Source: a virus
Taxonomy: Duplodnaviria; Caudoviricetes
IMG/VR virus record: IMGVR_UViG_3300033075_001196
Span: 60,388-124,387 of that record
Reading direction: 5' to 3' (one strand)
Length of the DNA: 64,000 nucleotides
Below, piece after piece: positions 48,053-58,661 of this stretch. Under the pieces are notes generated by a model. It searched no databases and was not told the origin of the DNA. It saw only the letters and a program-made list of their open reading frames with translations. The stretch's first letter is position 1, and each line of letters begins with the position of its first letter. A program made the position numbers and the translations under genes.

Positions 48053-48361
48053 TTAAAATTGTTTTGCTATCATTAAATCATAAATTTCATTTGCAGTATA
48101 TGTTGCAGGAATTCTAATTCTCCTTCCTGCGGGGAGAACCATAGTACCATATGGTAAACCAGTATTTGCTCTCTGTATTACCCACCATAACCTTGGATCT
48201 CCATAATGTTCATATGCTAATAAATCCATTCTATCGAGTTTTTTGGTTATTATATAAATATCTGATGGGCGATATTCGAATTCAGGATAGTACATTGTTT
48301 CATAGCTACGTTTTTTACCGTCTCTTTGTATTAATGTTACTACATCACTATATCTTTGCAT
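48053..48361 (-). CDS. Baseplate wedge LysM-like protein (gp53/gpX-like)
   Basis: DRMDLLAYEHYGDPRLWWVI..AN..G..IRIP. Confidence 0.8.
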   Translation of the reverse strand: MQRYSDVVTLIQRDGKKRSYETMYYPEFEYRPSDIYIITKKLDRMDLLAYEHYGDPRLWWVIQRANTGLPYGTMVLPAGRRIRIPATYTANEIYDLMIAKQF

Positions 48362-48909
48362 TATTTTTCACCTTTTATGTATTGATTTGTGTGTCCATAC
48401 GGACCATCATCTTGTGGTTTTCTATAATCTGGTTTATTTATTCCTATAAATTTTATATCCATTGAACATTGAATATATAATGGAATTTTGTCTATCCAAG
48501 GTGATTCATTATCCACTGAAAATGTCAGCGATGTTATGATTCCCACTCCTGAAATATATTTACCAAGATACATTCTAACATATATACCATTGAATCCTTG
48601 GCCTCTTTTGTAGATTGGATATGTTAATGATGCCAATGAATTCATTTTTTTCATATTAAGATGGTGTTCTTCATTTTGTAACGCCATTATCTTAAAATCT
48701 ATAGATACATTTCTACTAAATTGATTGTACATCATCTTTGGATCTGCTCTTCCCATATCCATATGTTCTGACCACTGCGGTGAATAGCTATCAGATATAC
48801 TATCCACAAATGCATTCAAATTAATTTTATGTTTTTCTACTTCACCTTTAGTTGGGACTATAGGAATGAATGCAAATGGTGTGCCGCCTTCTGGTATTGT
48901 TGATGCCAT
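48361..48909 (-). CDS. Tail-tube initiator/baseplate protein
   Basis: DSYSPQW..GRADP..Y..F.R..I.F..SL..YP..G.ITSL..W; follows tape measure. Confidence 0.6.
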   Translation of the reverse strand: MASTIPEGGTPFAFIPIVPTKGEVEKHKINLNAFVDSISDSYSPQWSEHMDMGRADPKMMYNQFSRNVSIDFKIMALQNEEHHLNMKKMNSLASLTYPIYKRGQGFNGIYVRMYLGKYISGVGIITSLTFSVDNESPWIDKIPLYIQCSMDIKFIGINKPDYRKPQDDGPYGHTNQYIKGEK

Positions 48910-51900
48910 TATCTATTATTTAATCCTCTATTAATGTTATTTAATTCTTTTTGTGTTTCTCGTCCAATTATAGCGGGAACTGGTCTGCTAGCATAATATG
49001 CAAATCCATCAATTAATTCACTTAACAACCTTTCCATTTTTGCTGTACTTATTGGTTTTGAATTTACATTTGTTGTTTCTGTAGATGCTGTATTTTGTAC
49101 ATCATTAGACATATATGATTCACCAACTGTAGGAACTATAGGGGCAACAGTCGCCGGGGCTATATTTGTCATATTCATTGATGGTGTACTAACTATAGGA
49201 GTAGATCCGCCAATTAAAGAAGATTGTGTTGCTGTATTTATTGATAATTGTTTATTTATTTCTAAAGAATTATCTCCAACATCTTTTAATTTTTTTAAAT
49301 CTATAGATCCCAAAATAACAGCTAGCTGTGTTAAACTGTCTGATAGTACTTTAATAGAATTAGCTACTATAGACATTGGATTAGCTAATAATGCTATTTT
49401 TTCTAATTTTTCAAATGGATCTGTTGTAAATAATGATGTTAATCCCTGTATAATACTCCCAGCACTTATAGCTGCTAATCCTGCGGCAATTCCCATCAAA
49501 GCTGGTCCTATCATTATTAGGTTACTAATATCCATATCTGCCAATGTTCCCATTAATTTAGTTATTCCATCAAATGTTGATGTGACTATTCCAGATATTC
49601 CTGACAATATGCTAGAAACTATAGGTTCAAATTTAGTAATCGCATCTCCCACTACATTTAAGGCTTTTCCAAATAAATATAATACACCAGTCATAGCTAA
49701 CATTGCCGCTATTCCTAATCCAAGTCCAACTGCACCTACGCCAGATCCCATCACCGCACCTAATTCTTCTACCGCAAGTATTAATCCACCAATTGCTGCT
49801 CCAGCCATAACTAATGAACTAAAATTTACAGAATTAAATTCTTGCATCGCCTTTGCTGTAGTCCATAAGGCACCTGACATGATTACTAATGCTGCCGCAC
49901 CTAGTAATGCTTTTGGTTGAAATTTATTTAATCCATTGGCCATTCCAGTAAATACACTTTCAAAGAATTTTCCAATTCCTTCTCCAAGATTTACTAAAAC
50001 CTGTTTAATTGTATCTGCAATACTGACAATTAAATCTTTTAATTTACCAAAACCTTCTTGTATTTTTTCTCCGATCTTACTAACAAAATCTGATAATTTA
50101 GATAATTTAGAAGTTGATTGACTAGTATCCGTTACATTGGTTGTTGTAGCTTCTTGAGATATTGTTTGGGTTGCATCTGCCTTACCAGTTAATTTACCAA
50201 GTAATTTACTTAAAATTCCTTTTTTAGATTCAACTTGATCAGTAATTGGTTTAATTAAATCAGTGTCCTCTGCCTTCTTTTTAAAGAATGAAAATGGATC
50301 AAATGATTTAAATTTATCTGTAATTGTTTTAAATATACTTGGCTTGGTTAATTGGCCAACTACTGCTTCGCTAGCTGTTGCAGCCTGACCACCGAATCCG
50401 CTAAATACTTTACCAAGTAATTTATTAACACCAGTTAATTTACCTAAATATCTTGCACCAAATAATCCTCCGATCACCATTCCTATTTTGCTAATAATAT
50501 CTGATGTTTTATTTAAACCAGAATTCATTCCATCAATTGATGAAACTGCATCTGTTGATTTTCCAAATAATTTTTCTAATCCAGTTACAAGCCAAGTTAT
50601 TAATTCACCTGCCCATTGGAATGGTAAAAAGAATCCTTTAACTAATGGTGTTATAAATTTAATGATACCACCTATTACTTTAAAGCTGGCTCCTATGGCA
50701 TCTAATATACCAGTTGATGCTCCTAATGCATCTGACATAGATTCTATAATTGGAACTAATGCTTTATATAATATGGCCTTTATTTTTTCAAACGCTACTG
50801 CTAATTTCTTTGTAGAATTTAATTCTTCAGCTTTAGCTTTCATATTTTCAAGGTTCATATTACCAATATCACCAACCTTATCCATGTTGGCTTGTAATAT
50901 TGCCATTTGATCTGCATCTAATTGGCCAGACATTTCTTTGAGTTTGATAGATTTTCTTAAATCTCCTATCTCCATACCTAATGTAGATGCCAATTTTCGT
51001 TGTGTAAATTCTGACATCTCGTTGAAATCTTGCATGGTACCAATTTGATCCATGATTGATTTCATCGATTCTTCAAGCTTGCCTGACATTCTTAAATCAA
51101 ATGCCTCTGATAAGTTTAATTTGCCTCCAGACATAGCAGCTAATTCAGTCATATCTGTCATGAACCCTTCAATGTTAAGCATCTTATCAGCAATTTGTCC
51201 TGCTTGTTTAATACTCATACCCATTCTTCTAATTTGAATGGCTGCCTTTGCTGCTTGGTTTGGCATTCCAGCAAAATATAAGGATACTTCTTTTGATCCT
51301 TCAATCAAATCCTTCGCAATTATATTAGGAGCAATACCTGCTGCTTCTGACATATAACCAATATCAGCTAGTAACCTTTGTGATAATGAATCATCTGCCC
51401 CTATTTGTTTAAATAAAGTCATTAAATCCATAGCATCAGTTGCAAGAATACCAAATGCTTGTTCAGCATTAGTTGCAGTCGCCACCAATTCTTGATTAGA
51501 TTGTTTAGATAAATCTAAAATTCTGCCATTTGATTCTACTTGTTTCTTCTGTATCTCTAATATTTGTTCTTCTGTTATAAATCTATTACCTGATGCTGAA
51601 ACTAGTTGCAATGAATCTTCCACCATTTTCTTTGACGTTGCTCTAGAAACACCCAATTCCTTAGATACATTGCTCACTTTATCTTCAAGGCCTTTAACTA
51701 ATCCTACTATTGCTGCAATTCCAATTATTAATAATCCTACTGGACCTAGCATTGATGTTATAGATCCACCAAATGTTTTTAGAGCCTTTGTTGATGCCAT
51801 TAATTTAGATTCACCATTGGCCAAAGACACTGCGTATTTTTGTAATCCCACATTTAATGCATTGGTAATCTGACTCTGAATATTGCTTAATCCCAACATC

Positions 51901-53132
51901 CGTTGCATACTATACGGAATAATATCTAACATAGTTTGTGCTGAAGTTCCAATTTGACTAAATTGATCTTCAAATTTACTAGTAATTTTAAAAATATCTG
52001 AATATGCACTGTACTGTTTATTAGTTAAATCTAAATGATCTGCATTTGTTTGTAACATAGATTTTGAAGAAGCATATTGTCCTAACAATATTTTTTCTTC
52101 TTTATTTAATAATGATATTTTATTATTGATATCAGTTAATTCAGATTCGGATAAGTTTTTAATATCATGCAGACTATACGCAATATCATCGTATAACTTT
52201 ATTCTATCTTCAATCGCAAAATTAATCATATTTGCAGATGTTCCTAAAATTTCTGTTTGGGTTTGTATATCTGTTAATGCACCAGTAGACATATCTTGTT
52301 GATATCCCATAGAAAGAGCAACATATGATTTTAACTTCTCTTTTCTAAGTTTAAATTCTTCATCAATTTGATTACGTAGTAAAGTAGTTGTATCACTGAT
52401 TCCTGAAATGGCTGAACTAAAATCAATTTCTGCAGAGCCTGGTGTCATTTGTACACCAGTTGATTCTGAATTCATTGCACTTTGTATTTTATTAAGATCA
52501 TCAGAATGCTTTTTAATATCATCTAGATTAATCTTTTCAGGAGAGAATAAATTCGGAATTGTGCTATCAGCAAGATCAAAAAATCCTTTAGTAATTGATA
52601 CACCTTTAGTTAAATCAATATTAATATCTTTAATTTGTTTACTATTGGAATTGACTGATGCTTGAAATTTTTTATATTGATCTGCTAAATCAGATACTAA
52701 ATCTAATCTTTCTTTATATATATCTTGTTGTGTTTCCTCTTCTTCAGTAATGTCTTCTTTAACTGTCAATTCTTTATCTAAATCAACTAGTAATTCTCTT
52801 TTAATTGATACATAACTTTCCGAATTTTTTAATGTTTCATAGGAAATACTTTGTAATTCTTCCCATCTATTAACTAATTTTCCAGCTGATTCGTCGGATA
52901 ATTGTAATTGTTTTAAATAACCTTGAAGCACCGGTTTAGTGTCAAATTTACCTTTAGCAACTCCTTCTAAAGCTCCTTGTACTTGTTCGCGAGTTGTTAA
53001 TATACCTTGATTGGCAGCTTCTAGTACTAAGACTAATTCTTTAATCTTGGATTCAATTGACGTTGTAGTTTGATTTAAAACTTCAATGGTCTTTTTAACA
53101 GACGCTGTATATTTCTGTAGATTTTCCGGCAT
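48909..53132 (-). CDS. Tail tape measure protein
   Basis: 1407 aa, helical, Ala/Gly-rich hydrophobic repeats, after the tail chaperones. Confidence 0.88.
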   Translation of the reverse strand: MPENLQKYTASVKKTIEVLNQTTTSIESKIKELVLVLEAANQGILTTREQVQGALEGVAKGKFDTKPVLQGYLKQLQLSDESAGKLVNRWEELQSISYETLKNSESYVSIKRELLVDLDKELTVKEDITEEEETQQDIYKERLDLVSDLADQYKKFQASVNSNSKQIKDINIDLTKGVSITKGFFDLADSTIPNLFSPEKINLDDIKKHSDDLNKIQSAMNSESTGVQMTPGSAEIDFSSAISGISDTTTLLRNQIDEEFKLRKEKLKSYVALSMGYQQDMSTGALTDIQTQTEILGTSANMINFAIEDRIKLYDDIAYSLHDIKNLSESELTDINNKISLLNKEEKILLGQYASSKSMLQTNADHLDLTNKQYSAYSDIFKITSKFEDQFSQIGTSAQTMLDIIPYSMQRMLGLSNIQSQITNALNVGLQKYAVSLANGESKLMASTKALKTFGGSITSMLGPVGLLIIGIAAIVGLVKGLEDKVSNVSKELGVSRATSKKMVEDSLQLVSASGNRFITEEQILEIQKKQVESNGRILDLSKQSNQELVATATNAEQAFGILATDAMDLMTLFKQIGADDSLSQRLLADIGYMSEAAGIAPNIIAKDLIEGSKEVSLYFAGMPNQAAKAAIQIRRMGMSIKQAGQIADKMLNIEGFMTDMTELAAMSGGKLNLSEAFDLRMSGKLEESMKSIMDQIGTMQDFNEMSEFTQRKLASTLGMEIGDLRKSIKLKEMSGQLDADQMAILQANMDKVGDIGNMNLENMKAKAEELNSTKKLAVAFEKIKAILYKALVPIIESMSDALGASTGILDAIGASFKVIGGIIKFITPLVKGFFLPFQWAGELITWLVTGLEKLFGKSTDAVSSIDGMNSGLNKTSDIISKIGMVIGGLFGARYLGKLTGVNKLLGKVFSGFGGQAATASEAVVGQLTKPSIFKTITDKFKSFDPFSFFKKKAEDTDLIKPITDQVESKKGILSKLLGKLTGKADATQTISQEATTTNVTDTSQSTSKLSKLSDFVSKIGEKIQEGFGKLKDLIVSIADTIKQVLVNLGEGIGKFFESVFTGMANGLNKFQPKALLGAAALVIMSGALWTTAKAMQEFNSVNFSSLVMAGAAIGGLILAVEELGAVMGSGVGAVGLGLGIAAMLAMTGVLYLFGKALNVVGDAITKFEPIVSSILSGISGIVTSTFDGITKLMGTLADMDISNLIMIGPALMGIAAGLAAISAGSIIQGLTSLFTTDPFEKLEKIALLANPMSIVANSIKVLSDSLTQLAVILGSIDLKKLKDVGDNSLEINKQLSINTATQSSLIGGSTPIVSTPSMNMTNIAPATVAPIVPTVGESYMSNDVQNTASTETTNVNSKPISTAKMERLLSELIDGFAYYASRPVPAIIGRETQKELNNINRGLNNR

Positions 53133-53351
53133 CTATTTTCCTTTTTTATCCTTACATAGAATATGCCATGGCTGGTGTTTACAAAAGTGTTCTAAATTAT
53201 CTTGGAGATCTAATGTGCGTTGTTTGATATCCTTCAATTTTGCTTGAAGGTTTGGATCAGAATCAACTTCCTTTCCAATTTGATCTAACACTTTTTTAAA
53301 TTGAGACTTGACCAATAATTTAGCTAGTCTCACAAATATATTATCAGCCAT
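53133..53351 (-). CDS. Hypothetical protein
   Basis: 72-aa ORF preceded by ATATTTAT. Confidence 0.6.
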   Translation of the reverse strand: MADNIFVRLAKLLVKSQFKKVLDQIGKEVDSDPNLQAKLKDIKQRTLDLQDNLEHFCKHQPWHILCKDKKGK

Positions 53352-53383
53352 TTCTTTATAAATAAATATAAAATTATTCTAAA

Positions 53384-53692
53384 TTATTTTCGGCCGCGTT
53401 TACGCTTCTGTTTTTCAGCTTGTTCCAAACGAGCTTCCAGAATTTTAGACAACTTAGAAAAATATAAATTTCTAATTGTTAATGGCATTGTATATATATC
53501 CTGATAAGTAAACCCACCTTGAGCTTGAAATAGGAAGTCGAATAATTCATGATGAATTTTTAACTTATATTCTGGAGTAATACCGAAAAAGGAATGATCT
53601 AATATTAATGTATTATCCCTTGAAGTCTGGCCAGAATAGATCCAATCCGAGTGAAATTTCAGAACGAAAGGGTTCACCGGTAGCCTCATCAA
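53384..53692 (-). CDS. Tail assembly chaperone, second part (conserved portion probably begins near FFGITPEY, ~53590)
   Basis: H.ELF....GGFT..DIY.MP...R; +1 frame overlap with the upstream chaperone. Confidence 0.65.
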   Translation of the reverse strand: MMRLPVNPFVLKFHSDWIYSGQTSRDNTLILDHSFFGITPEYKLKIHHELFDFLFQAQGGFTYQDIYTMPLTIRNLYFSKLSKILEARLEQAEKQKRKRGRK

Positions 53693-54491
53693 CTACCTCT
53701 ATTTTTAGATCAACATCAGGTTGCACTTTACCAATAAATTCTCGAAGTGATCTTGAATCTATAGCTCTCATATTAGCTATAGCTGAATTAATTACTCCAA
53801 CATCTGTATTACCATCAATTGATTTTATCATATATCTTAACCTAGTAGTTAAGTTTGTTTCAACTTGGCCTTTACCAGCATATTTCTTTTGTTGTTCTAA
53901 AGACTGTTCAATTTGTTTTTGAATTCCTACTGTTAATAATTGAAATTCAACAACCTGCTTTGATGATGGTAATGTGAATTTGAAATGAGATGTACCAGGA
54001 ACTAATAAAGACTCATCAATTTCTTTATGCTGTATTTGTGTAAGGTCAACATTAACTGGTTGTGCTACTCCTGCAGAATTTGTTATTTTAGTTTCATATA
54101 TTGGACCATATCCATATATTCTTGCTGCAACCATAATGGCATTTCTATCTCCCAGTAACAGGTCATCATATTTAAATTTTGTAACCAGCATTGCTTGAAA
54201 TAATTTATCTAGTACCGTTCCATTTTTTATATACGATGTAGTAGATAAGATATCTTCCTCTGCAGTTGTCATATACTTCATTTCTACCTGACCTTTACTA
54301 AGAGGGGAATCAGATGAATATAACAATCCTTTGCTTGGCAGATCTACTAATTCTGTTGGGAAACTGTATATAGATGTTTGTATTTTAGCTTCAGTGGGAA
54401 TTTGAAGCAATTCTTCAACTATTGGTGGTTTAGCATTCAATATTGGTGATTGGTTTGAAGTATCACTATTTGTCAAATCATTAATTGTCAT
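53613..54491 (-). CDS. Tail/baseplate assembly chaperone (gp26-like); start probably ATG 54491
   Basis: LPSKG..Y, MTTAEEDIL, LLLGDRNAI..AR..GYG, DS..LR, FWP. Confidence 0.75.
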   Translation of the reverse strand: MTINDLTNSDTSNQSPILNAKPPIVEELLQIPTEAKIQTSIYSFPTELVDLPSKGLLYSSDSPLSKGQVEMKYMTTAEEDILSTTSYIKNGTVLDKLFQAMLVTKFKYDDLLLGDRNAIMVAARIYGYGPIYETKITNSAGVAQPVNVDLTQIQHKEIDESLLVPGTSHFKFTLPSSKQVVEFQLLTVGIQKQIEQSLEQQKKYAGKGQVETNLTTRLRYMIKSIDGNTDVGVINSAIANMRAIDSRSLREFIGKVQPDVDLKIEVVDEATGEPFRSEISLGLDLFWPDFKG

Positions 54492-54545
54492 AAAACTTAT
54501 CCTTTTATTTATTAATAAATATAATATTGATGTAAATTTTAACAT

Positions 54546-54578
54546 AAAAAAAGGATATAAAATTAATTATACCCTTTT
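54546..54578 (-). terminator. Intrinsic terminator after tail tube/holin
   Basis: Sense AAAAGGGTATAA..TTATATCC followed by a T-run. Confidence 0.7.
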
Positions 54579-54598
54579 CTTTTAAGTTTTGATTTAAA

Positions 54599-54793
54599 TT
54601 AAGTTGTAGTCTTTCCTTTAAAATAACCATATATCATTGTAATTACACCAATTATAGTGGTTACTGCTTGCCATGTTGAGTCAAAGTTTGCCAGCGTAAA
54701 TTCAATGATTCCTGCGAATTTACCAACACCTAATGCAGTTAATAAAACTCCAATGCCGGTAAGAATGTGTCTAACTAAAGATTTTGTGATCAT
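54599..54793 (-). CDS. Putative holin (two TM segments)
   Basis: RHILT..G motif, two hydrophobic helices, basic tail. Confidence 0.6.
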   Translation of the reverse strand: MITKSLVRHILTGIGVLLTALGVGKFAGIIEFTLANFDSTWQAVTTIIGVITMIYGYFKGKTTT

Positions 54794-54823
54794 GTTTTTA
54801 TATTTATGTTGTTTAAAAAATTG

Positions 54824-55285
54824 TTAACTTAATACTGCGTAATCATATTTAATTGTCAGTTCTATTGTCTTCGCCTCATCTGTTGCCCAGTCCATATCTC
54901 CCCAATTTGAAGCACCAATAAATGCACCATGAATAGTCCATTTTTCTACAGATGATCCGTGTGGATCTAATGCCTGAATAGTAATATCTTTCTTATATTC
55001 ACTAAATGCAAATCCATCGACCCCACTTTCTGAATTGTGGTGAGTTTTAATCCAATCGTGTACTTCCTTTGCAGCACTTGGATCAACTGGATCATATAGT
55101 GTGACTGTAATGTCTTGCCATCTAGACTTTCCTTTAACTTTAAAATCTGTATTGATATAATCAATTACAATTTCTCCGTTGTCAATGGATGGCATTGAAG
55201 TTGCTTTGCAAACAAATGCTGTAATTCCGTTAATTAGTAATTTGTGTCTAAATGCTACTTTAGGTTCAAATGGTGTAAATATCAT
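54824..55285 (-). CDS. Tail tube protein (gp19-like)
   Basis: EPK..R, W.DITVTLYDP, YKKDI..LDP.G..VEKW..GAF..GDMDW, YDYA. Confidence 0.9.
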   Translation of the reverse strand: MIFTPFEPKVAFRHKLLINGITAFVCKATSMPSIDNGEIVIDYINTDFKVKGKSRWQDITVTLYDPVDPSAAKEVHDWIKTHHNSESGVDGFAFSEYKKDITIQALDPHGSSVEKWTIHGAFIGASNWGDMDWATDEAKTIELTIKYDYAVLS

Positions 55286-55330
55286 TTTTCTTTTCCTTTT
55301 CCTTTTATATAAATATTACTAATTTTTATT

Positions 55331-57157
55331 TTATTTCTTTGCATCAGCATCAACTGGAAATACAGCTGCTGTTGGTGTGATGATAAAATCGGTTATAATA
55401 AATTCCGCCGTCTTTGCAGGTTTTAAATATATCTGCGCTCTCATTTCATTTCTATCGATTACATCAGGTGTATTATTTCTATCATCAATTATGATTTTGA
55501 AATCATATAACCCTTGTTTTCTCCTACAATCTTCGAACCAAGGTCTAGTTAAGTTGATATATTTAGTTCTAGTCTCTACTGTATTTTGTTCGAATACCAA
55601 ATATTTGGCTGTATCTGCTACGTGTCTCTTAGCCGCAATTAATAATCTTCTAACATTAATTCTATCTAATGCGCTTCTCTTCTTTTGTAATGTCTTTTGT
55701 CCCCAAACTACAATACCATTTTTAGGGAAAGTAGCAATTGGATTAATATTCTTCGCATAAAGATTATCACGATCGCCTTGAGTCATTATTCTTTCAGTTT
55801 GGATAACTGTATCTAATGTACCTCTATTTAAACCTGCAGGTGCAAACCATTTGAATCCAAAATAATCATTGAATGCATAAACTCCAGCTACCATTGGGCT
55901 TGGTGGAACCCATACATTTTCTCCTAAATCTGGATCTGGAACTTGCATCCACGGATAATAATATCCTGCATAGTTACTATTTCTAGCTTCAGCTATAGCT
56001 CTTGCTTGACCAACAGTTGAACCAAAATAGGTTGGATCTACAACATAAAATGCATCACCTCTATCTTCAATCATTGATATTGCTCGAGTAATTATCTTTG
56101 CATGGTCTTCAAGATTATCAATTAATCCTGGAGTCATAAATAAATCAAAATCAAATTGATCTTTATTTGCTAGCATATCTATTGCATCTTCATATGCTGT
56201 TTTACCATATGATGATGACGCTAAATTGAATCCTTGCGTGTTAAGATTCCAAATTGCTTGATTCATAGATTTTGGATGGGATACATTTCCATCAGATCCG
56301 CCTGCAAATGTTCCTGACATTGCGGTTGGTAATGATCCTGACAATGAATTATCTCTTATTGTTCCATTATCATTTAAGTAATTCAATGTTGATTTGTATA
56401 CTTGTACTCTAACAAATCTTGATCTGTTTGGTTGGCTACCAGTTAATTGTAAGTACGGTGCACCATTTGAATCATATCTTAATGAATTTACTTGATCTCC
56501 AATTACTTTAGTAATAAAATTACTAGTATTTGGATCTAATGATAAATTACTGAATTGTTCTAATATAATCTTTCTACCAGATGTATCATCACCTCGTCTA
56601 ATATAGAGATCAAATGTACCTCTATTATTATCAATATTAGCAGTTTCCCATCTAATATTATATCTTGATCCACTTTGTAATAAACCTTCAGTTTGAACTT
56701 CATCTGCAGTAATACCTGATCCTGATAGTGCTGCTAAAGTAGCTCCACTATTACAAACATCGCCATCTGTTAATGCAATCAATTTAAATGACATATCAGT
56801 TGATGTAAAAGATGATGTTGGAGTATTAGCTGCCTTTACAAATGAATATGCTGGTGTATAAGATCCTGCTAATATTCTTGTTACAATAACTGTTTCTCCC
56901 CATCTTAAATATTCTTGAACTGCATAGGTTGTCAAATATTTGTATTCCTTTAAACTTGCTCCTGATCCAGAAGAGAATACATCTCCAAACCATCTAAGAT
57001 ATTCTGAATATGTTGACACAGTTGTTGGTACCATTGCTGGGCCACGAACTGTTGGTCCCACTACACACAATCCAGGTGCAATTGTTGCCCCTTGATAGAA
57101 TGATATGTCAAATTCTCGGTTGAATACACCGGCACTTAAATACAAATTATTTGCCAT
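55331..57157 (-). CDS. Contractile tail sheath (gp18-like)
   Basis: SAGVF.RE.D, WFAPAGLNRG, INPI..GQKTLQ..SALDRINVRRLL, FEQN, P.KTAEFI. Confidence 0.95.
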   Translation of the reverse strand: MANNLYLSAGVFNREFDISFYQGATIAPGLCVVGPTVRGPAMVPTTVSTYSEYLRWFGDVFSSGSGASLKEYKYLTTYAVQEYLRWGETVIVTRILAGSYTPAYSFVKAANTPTSSFTSTDMSFKLIALTDGDVCNSGATLAALSGSGITADEVQTEGLLQSGSRYNIRWETANIDNNRGTFDLYIRRGDDTSGRKIILEQFSNLSLDPNTSNFITKVIGDQVNSLRYDSNGAPYLQLTGSQPNRSRFVRVQVYKSTLNYLNDNGTIRDNSLSGSLPTAMSGTFAGGSDGNVSHPKSMNQAIWNLNTQGFNLASSSYGKTAYEDAIDMLANKDQFDFDLFMTPGLIDNLEDHAKIITRAISMIEDRGDAFYVVDPTYFGSTVGQARAIAEARNSNYAGYYYPWMQVPDPDLGENVWVPPSPMVAGVYAFNDYFGFKWFAPAGLNRGTLDTVIQTERIMTQGDRDNLYAKNINPIATFPKNGIVVWGQKTLQKKRSALDRINVRRLLIAAKRHVADTAKYLVFEQNTVETRTKYINLTRPWFEDCRRKQGLYDFKIIIDDRNNTPDVIDRNEMRAQIYLKPAKTAEFIITDFIITPTAAVFPVDADAKK

Positions 57158-57244
57158 TAATTATTTCCTCATGTTATTTTATATGTCCAATTTATTATAA
57201 ATATTTTGTTTTTTTCTTAAACATTATATTTGATTAAACTTAAT

Positions 57245-58099
57245 TTAGATTTTTGAATGTCCTGACCTATTTACTAATCTGGATTTAGGAGGATTCATTC
57301 CGTTTGGTTCATAATCTACTATAATGTTATCCTGTTCCACTTCGTTTTGAAATACAACTCTTTTAATTGTATATGCCTTTTGTACATTTGATTCTTTAAG
57401 ATCAAATTCATTTTGTAGTAATCCATCCACTAATAATGGAATAACACATTTAGCTGCTCTGTCTTCACCAATATTGTTTGTGACATCAAATGAATAATCT
57501 TGAATTTTTGTAACAAATTGAAATACATCTCCCCATGGGACATTATCATTTGGCACAATAGACTCTACAATTTTATTTAAATGATTTACTGTTTCAGCCC
57601 ATACTGTTAATTCGTAGCTCACACGAACATTAGTTGGAATTGCTGACACATACATTTCATATGATTTATTATTATTTTCTCTTGGAAAATCATGCGCGTT
57701 ATTTTTCTGTGTTGCTGGATAGAATATTAATGAATTTGCAGAATCTTTATATTTGCTAATTCTTAATTTTGAAAATCTATCATCTTCAACCATGCTTATT
57801 CTTTTAATGGAAATTAAAGGCACCATTATTTTTCTATTATCGTCTCTTAAGTATCCTTGTCGTTGAATTTGATCCCATTTTTCGCCATTAGCAAATATTA
57901 TTGGAACATTTAATACTTGACCATTTTGCTCTACTTGTGGTTGTATTTTTTCTTTTAAAAAATAATATATAGCATAATCAATATCATAGATTGTTATTGA
58001 TGGTACAATAAATGTATCATTATCCCTTCGAATATCCTCAGCCCTATTTCTTGAGCCATCTTCACTTCTAGATATTGAATCTATTTTTGGATTTTGCAA
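57245..58099 (-). CDS. Probable tail terminator/completion protein
   Basis: Lies between neck and sheath; DID.AI, VPII..EKW, PLI; TTG start. Confidence 0.55.
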   Translation of the reverse strand: MQNPKIDSISRSEDGSRNRAEDIRRDNDTFIVPSITIYDIDYAIYYFLKEKIQPQVEQNGQVLNVPIIFANGEKWDQIQRQGYLRDDNRKIMVPLISIKRISMVEDDRFSKLRISKYKDSANSLIFYPATQKNNAHDFPRENNNKSYEMYVSAIPTNVRVSYELTVWAETVNHLNKIVESIVPNDNVPWGDVFQFVTKIQDYSFDVTNNIGEDRAAKCVIPLLVDGLLQNEFDLKESNVQKAYTIKRVVFQNEVEQDNIIVDYEPNGMNPPKSRLVNRSGHSKI

Positions 58100-58107
58100 T
58101 TTTTTCC

Positions 58108-58659
58108 TTATATATTTTTAGGATATGATGGATCAATATATTCTTCTGTTGGATCGCCTGTCCTTAAATTATCTTCTATATTTAATGTATTTCTTTTCGT
58201 TTGATGTGTTTCACATACAATTGTATGATCATATCCATGTAATGCCCAATTATTTTGAGTCATCCCAATATTGGTATTTGGATTTCTGTCTGACCAGTAT
58301 TTGTTATCATTTACATTATCCACTTCAAAATAAGTATCATCATACATTATGATATCACCTTCTTGCAAGAAAATATTTTGATTTTTTAAATCAGCTTTAA
58401 GAAATGAAAATATAATTGATCTGTTAAAATCTAATATATCTGAATCTGTTTGAGATTGTTTATCTTCTGGTGTTGATTTAGCAAAGACTCTCACTCCTGG
58501 TTTATATCTTCGATCAATTGCCTCCCCATATATATTGGTAGATGTTGATTCATGAGATATTTTAAATATCAATACTTCTGAACTGATTACTTGATGCATC
58601 AATTCCATACTAATTCCTCTTAAAAATCCAGCGTCTCTATTACCAGTGAAAAGTGCCAT
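58108..58659 (-). CDS. Head-closure/neck protein (gp14-like)
   Basis: NIYGE, EGDII..FEV; synteny. Confidence 0.6.
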   Translation of the reverse strand: MALFTGNRDAGFLRGISMELMHQVISSEVLIFKISHESTSTNIYGEAIDRRYKPGVRVFAKSTPEDKQSQTDSDILDFNRSIIFSFLKADLKNQNIFLQEGDIIMYDDTYFEVDNVNDNKYWSDRNPNTNIGMTQNNWALHGYDHTIVCETHQTKRNTLNIEDNLRTGDPTEEYIDPSYPKNI

Positions 58660-58661
58660 AA

